Source of the DNA: Chiloscyllium plagiosum
Lineage: Eukaryota
DNA length: 21,062 nucleotides
NCBI RefSeq assembly: GCF_004010195.1
Contig: NC_057753.1
Coordinates: forward strand, 10,416,445-10,437,506
Reading direction: 5' to 3'
Part shown: one piece after another, positions 18,395-21,062 of the stretch
Layout: each line of letters starts with the position of its first letter
How positions within the stretch are numbered: position 1 is the stretch's first letter
Position numbers and translations under genes: made by a program
Notes under the pieces: model-generated
Told to the model about the DNA's origin: nothing
Databases searched by the model: none
What the model saw: only the letters and a program-made list of their open reading frames with translations

Positions 18395-18930
18395 AGTCAA
18401 GGAAGAGCAGGACTTGTACAGGTAGTGGCCTACCTTGGGTTGTGTTGTAGAACAGAGACATGGCGGGAGAGGGGTTCAGGTACATAGTTCTTTGAAAGTT
18501 GCATCACTGGTAGACAGGGTGGTTAAGAAGGCATTTACCACTATTGCCTTCATTGTTCACATCATTGAGTATAGGAGTTGGGACATCATGTTAAGGTTGT
18601 ACAGGATGTTGGTGAAGCCACTTTCAGAGTACCGAGTCTGGTTCTGCTAGCCCTATTATTCTATTAGAGAGAGTTCGGTAAATATTTACCAGGATGTTGC
18701 CAGGACTGTAGGATTTGCATTATAAGGAGAGGCAGGGACCTTTTTCACTGGAGCACAGGAGGTCATAGTTCCGTGAAAGTGGAGTCTCAGGTGCACATGA
18801 TAGTGAAGAAGGCATTCAGTATGCTTCCATTTATTGGTCAGAGCATTGAGAGAAGGAGTTGGAAGGTCTTGTTGTGGCTGTACTGGACCTTGCTTAGACC
18901 ACTTTTGTTGAGGGGTGACCTCTTTGAGAG
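18395..18930 (+). mobile_element. Two adjacent CR1-type LINE ORF2 fragments
   Basis: GVQVHSSLKVASLVDRVVKKAF...LRLYRMLVKPLSEYRVWF and KVESQVHMIVKKAFSMLPFIGQSIE...LYWTLLRPLL. Confidence 0.85.
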
Positions 18931-19250
18931 GGGGTGGCATGGTGGCTCAGTGGTCAGCAATGCTGCCTCACAGCGCCAGGGACGCGGCTTCGATTCCTGC
19001 CTCAGGCAACTGTCTGTGTGGAGTTTGCACATTCTCCCTGTGTCTGTGTGGGTTTCCTCCGAGTGCTCCGGTTTCCTCCCATAATCCAAAGATGCACAGG
19101 CCAGATGAATTGGCCACACAAAATTGTCCATAGTGTTAGGTGCTTTAGTCAGGGGTAAATGTAGGAGAATGGGTCTGGGTGGGTTGCTCTTCAGAGGGCA
19201 ACCTGTTGGGCCAAAGGCCCTGTTTCCATACTGTAGGGAATCTAACCTAA
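18931..19250 (+). mobile_element. HE1-type SINE inserted in CR1
   Basis: Similar to 13259-13577. The CR1 reading LRGDLFE|YKIMR resumes at ~19251. Confidence 0.85.
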
Positions 19251-20006
19251 TTTATAAAATCATGAGGAGTGGCGGTAAGGTAAATAGCAAAGGCCAATCC
19301 ATCTTAACCTGCACATCCCTGGGCACTATGGGTAATTTAGCATGGCCAATCCACCCTAATCTATAAATTACCTTCTCAAGAATGTAATTTAAATGCTGAG
19401 CTTTTCTAAGAAAATCGTACTGTTTACCCTGTACCCTGACAAGTCAGTGACTTTGGGAGGAGAACAAAAATTGGAATTTCTACTTAAATATTGATGCTCC
19501 TATTTATATCTCTCTCAAAAGGAGATTGTTTGATCCATCACATTTGTAATGGCTCTTTTGCTGAATTATTTCCCTGCATCCACATATATCTGGAATCATT
19601 TCCTTTTCATGAATTTTGCAATTACCTTTATCAATTACTGGTTACATCACCCCTTCAAGATCATTCCAAATCGTAATAACTTGCTTATTTCTTAAAAATT
19701 AAATCATCTTACCCCCAGCCCAACCCTGATTTTAAAAGTGGCTGCACTATTTCCAACATGGTCATGCTTTCTAAATATTACCATGTACTTTTAATTACGA
19801 CTAAGTCTCTTTAGATTTCAATATATCTTTTTAAATGTAGAAATGCCCGTTTACATGCAGCTCAGCCCTTTAAATTTGTTATGTTTCTCCAATCGCAATC
19901 TTGCCCCCTCGATAATATATATTTACCTCTTTAGATATGACTGCCTCTTCAAGGGATATTTCTGTTTATAAATAGGGCAGTGTCTCTTTGAAGTATAGAT
20001 TCATAT

Positions 20007-21062
20007 ATTTGGAGATGCCGATGTTGGACTGAGGTGTACAAAGTTAAAAATCACACAACACCAGGTTATAGTCCAACAGGTTTAACTGGAAGCACACTAG
20101 CTTTTGAATACCACGATAGTTTCACTTCTTTCATGTGTAAAAAGTGAGGTAAGAGTTTTATATGAATTCATGCAGTTTTTGAGCAAAGTACAATGTAACT
20201 CTGTAAGTACAAATTCACCCCACAAAATATATGTGTGCATGTGGGTCTTTGTATCTGTGTGTGTGTGTCTGTCTGGGTTGGGGGTTGTGAGTGTGAGAGA
20301 GAATGTATATATGTGTGTAGTGAGTGTAGAGTGTCTTAAGTCTGTGAGGGGGTGCATGTATGAGTGTGGGAGTGTGTGCGCGTGTCTGGGGTGGGGGTGT
20401 GTGAGCGTCTGTGAGAGAGAGTGTCTATGTGTGTGCATGAGTGTAGAGTGGTCTAAGTCTCTGAGAGGGTGTCTGAGTGTGTCCCTGTGTATATGTGTGT
20501 CCCTGCGTATATGTGTGCCCGTGTGTGTGTATAGGAGTGTGTGTGTGTATAGAGGAGTGTCTGTGTGTGTGTATAGTCCAATGGTGGTCACCTGTAATGT
20601 GACATAAACCCAAGGTCCCGGTTGAGGCCCTCCCTATGGGTACCGAACTTAGCTATCAGCCTCTGCTCAGCCACTTTTCGCTGCTGCCTGTCCCGAAGTC
20701 CACCTTGGAGGATGGTCACCCGAAGTCGAATGTCCTGGACCACTGAAGTGTTCCCCAATTGGGAGGAAACACTCCTGACTGTTGATTGTCGTAGCCTTTG
20801 CTCGGTTTCCCCAATGTACCATGCCTCAGGGCATCCTTGCCTGCAATGTATAAGATAGACAACGTTGGCTGAGTAACATGAGTACCTGCCATGTACAAGG
20901 TGGGAGGTATCCCCACGCGTAATGGTGATATCCATGTCCACACTCTGACACATCTTGCAGCACCTACCATTACAGGGTTGTATGGCGTTGTCCTGAGAGC
21001 CGGGCAGCTTGCAATGAACAATGATTTGTTTGAGGTTTGGCGGTTGTTTAAAGGCAAGCAGT
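20007..21062 (-). mobile_element. Penelope-like element (probably Neptune-type): endonuclease ORF end, CA-rich 3' region and terminal repeat; runs off the window
   Basis: GIY-YIG ORF at 20588-21061, (GT)-rich tract at 20230-20572, and terminal repeat at 20007-20105 matching 7045-7113 and 17610-17700. Confidence 0.9.
20588..21061 (-). pseudogene. PLE ORF C-terminus: Cys-rich linker plus GIY-YIG endonuclease, with compensating deletions
   Basis: LLAFKQPPNLKQIIV...PCNGRCCKMC...YSCYSANVVYLIHCRQGCPEAWYIGETEQRLRQ...RKVAEQRLIAKFGTHREGLNRDLGF. The motif LPIGEHFSGPGHS lies in a shifted frame. Confidence 0.9.

Noticed and set aside
19370..20000. AT-rich stretch possibly derived from an old minus-strand LINE
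   Set aside because: Only faint similarity could be seen, too degraded to call without an alignment.
20097..20613. His/Thr-rich and Val/Cys-rich ORFs
   Set aside because: They are translations of the (GT/CA)-rich tract in the PLE 3' region.

Overview
This is eukaryotic, repeat-dominated DNA with a 641-N gap at 6312-6952. It is very probably from a cartilaginous fish (shark-like); this is inferred from the HE1-type SINEs, CR1 LINE tails and the shark-style C2H2 zinc-finger gene layout. The window reads as a decaying C2H2 zinc-finger (ZNF) cluster. One recognisable + strand gene model has an NRF1/ETS-like promoter at ~11826-12024, a non-coding exon 1 ending at a GTGAGT donor at 12117, an acceptor at 16088-16089 and a truncated ZNF ORF at 16384-16746. 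There is also a dead minus-strand ZNF exon fragment (11419-11661) and several paralogous intron relics. Transposon debris covers most of the rest: CR1 and Rex1/Babar LINE fragments, HE1 SINEs, a DeuSINE-like SINE, a hAT (Buster/Charlie-type) transposon remnant that the ORF track misses, and Penelope-like elements (PLEs). The most striking signal is about a dozen minimal hammerhead-ribozyme motifs (CUGANGA-stem II-GAAA with a palindromic helix III) in PLE terminal repeats. Two small non-coding insertions with target-site duplications carry these motifs back to back on opposite strands (3796-3995, and 9542-9760 with a near-perfect 91-bp-arm palindrome). A GIY-YIG endonuclease ORF of a related PLE lies at the right edge. 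Family names come from motif recognition, not database searches, and many repeat boundaries are approximate.
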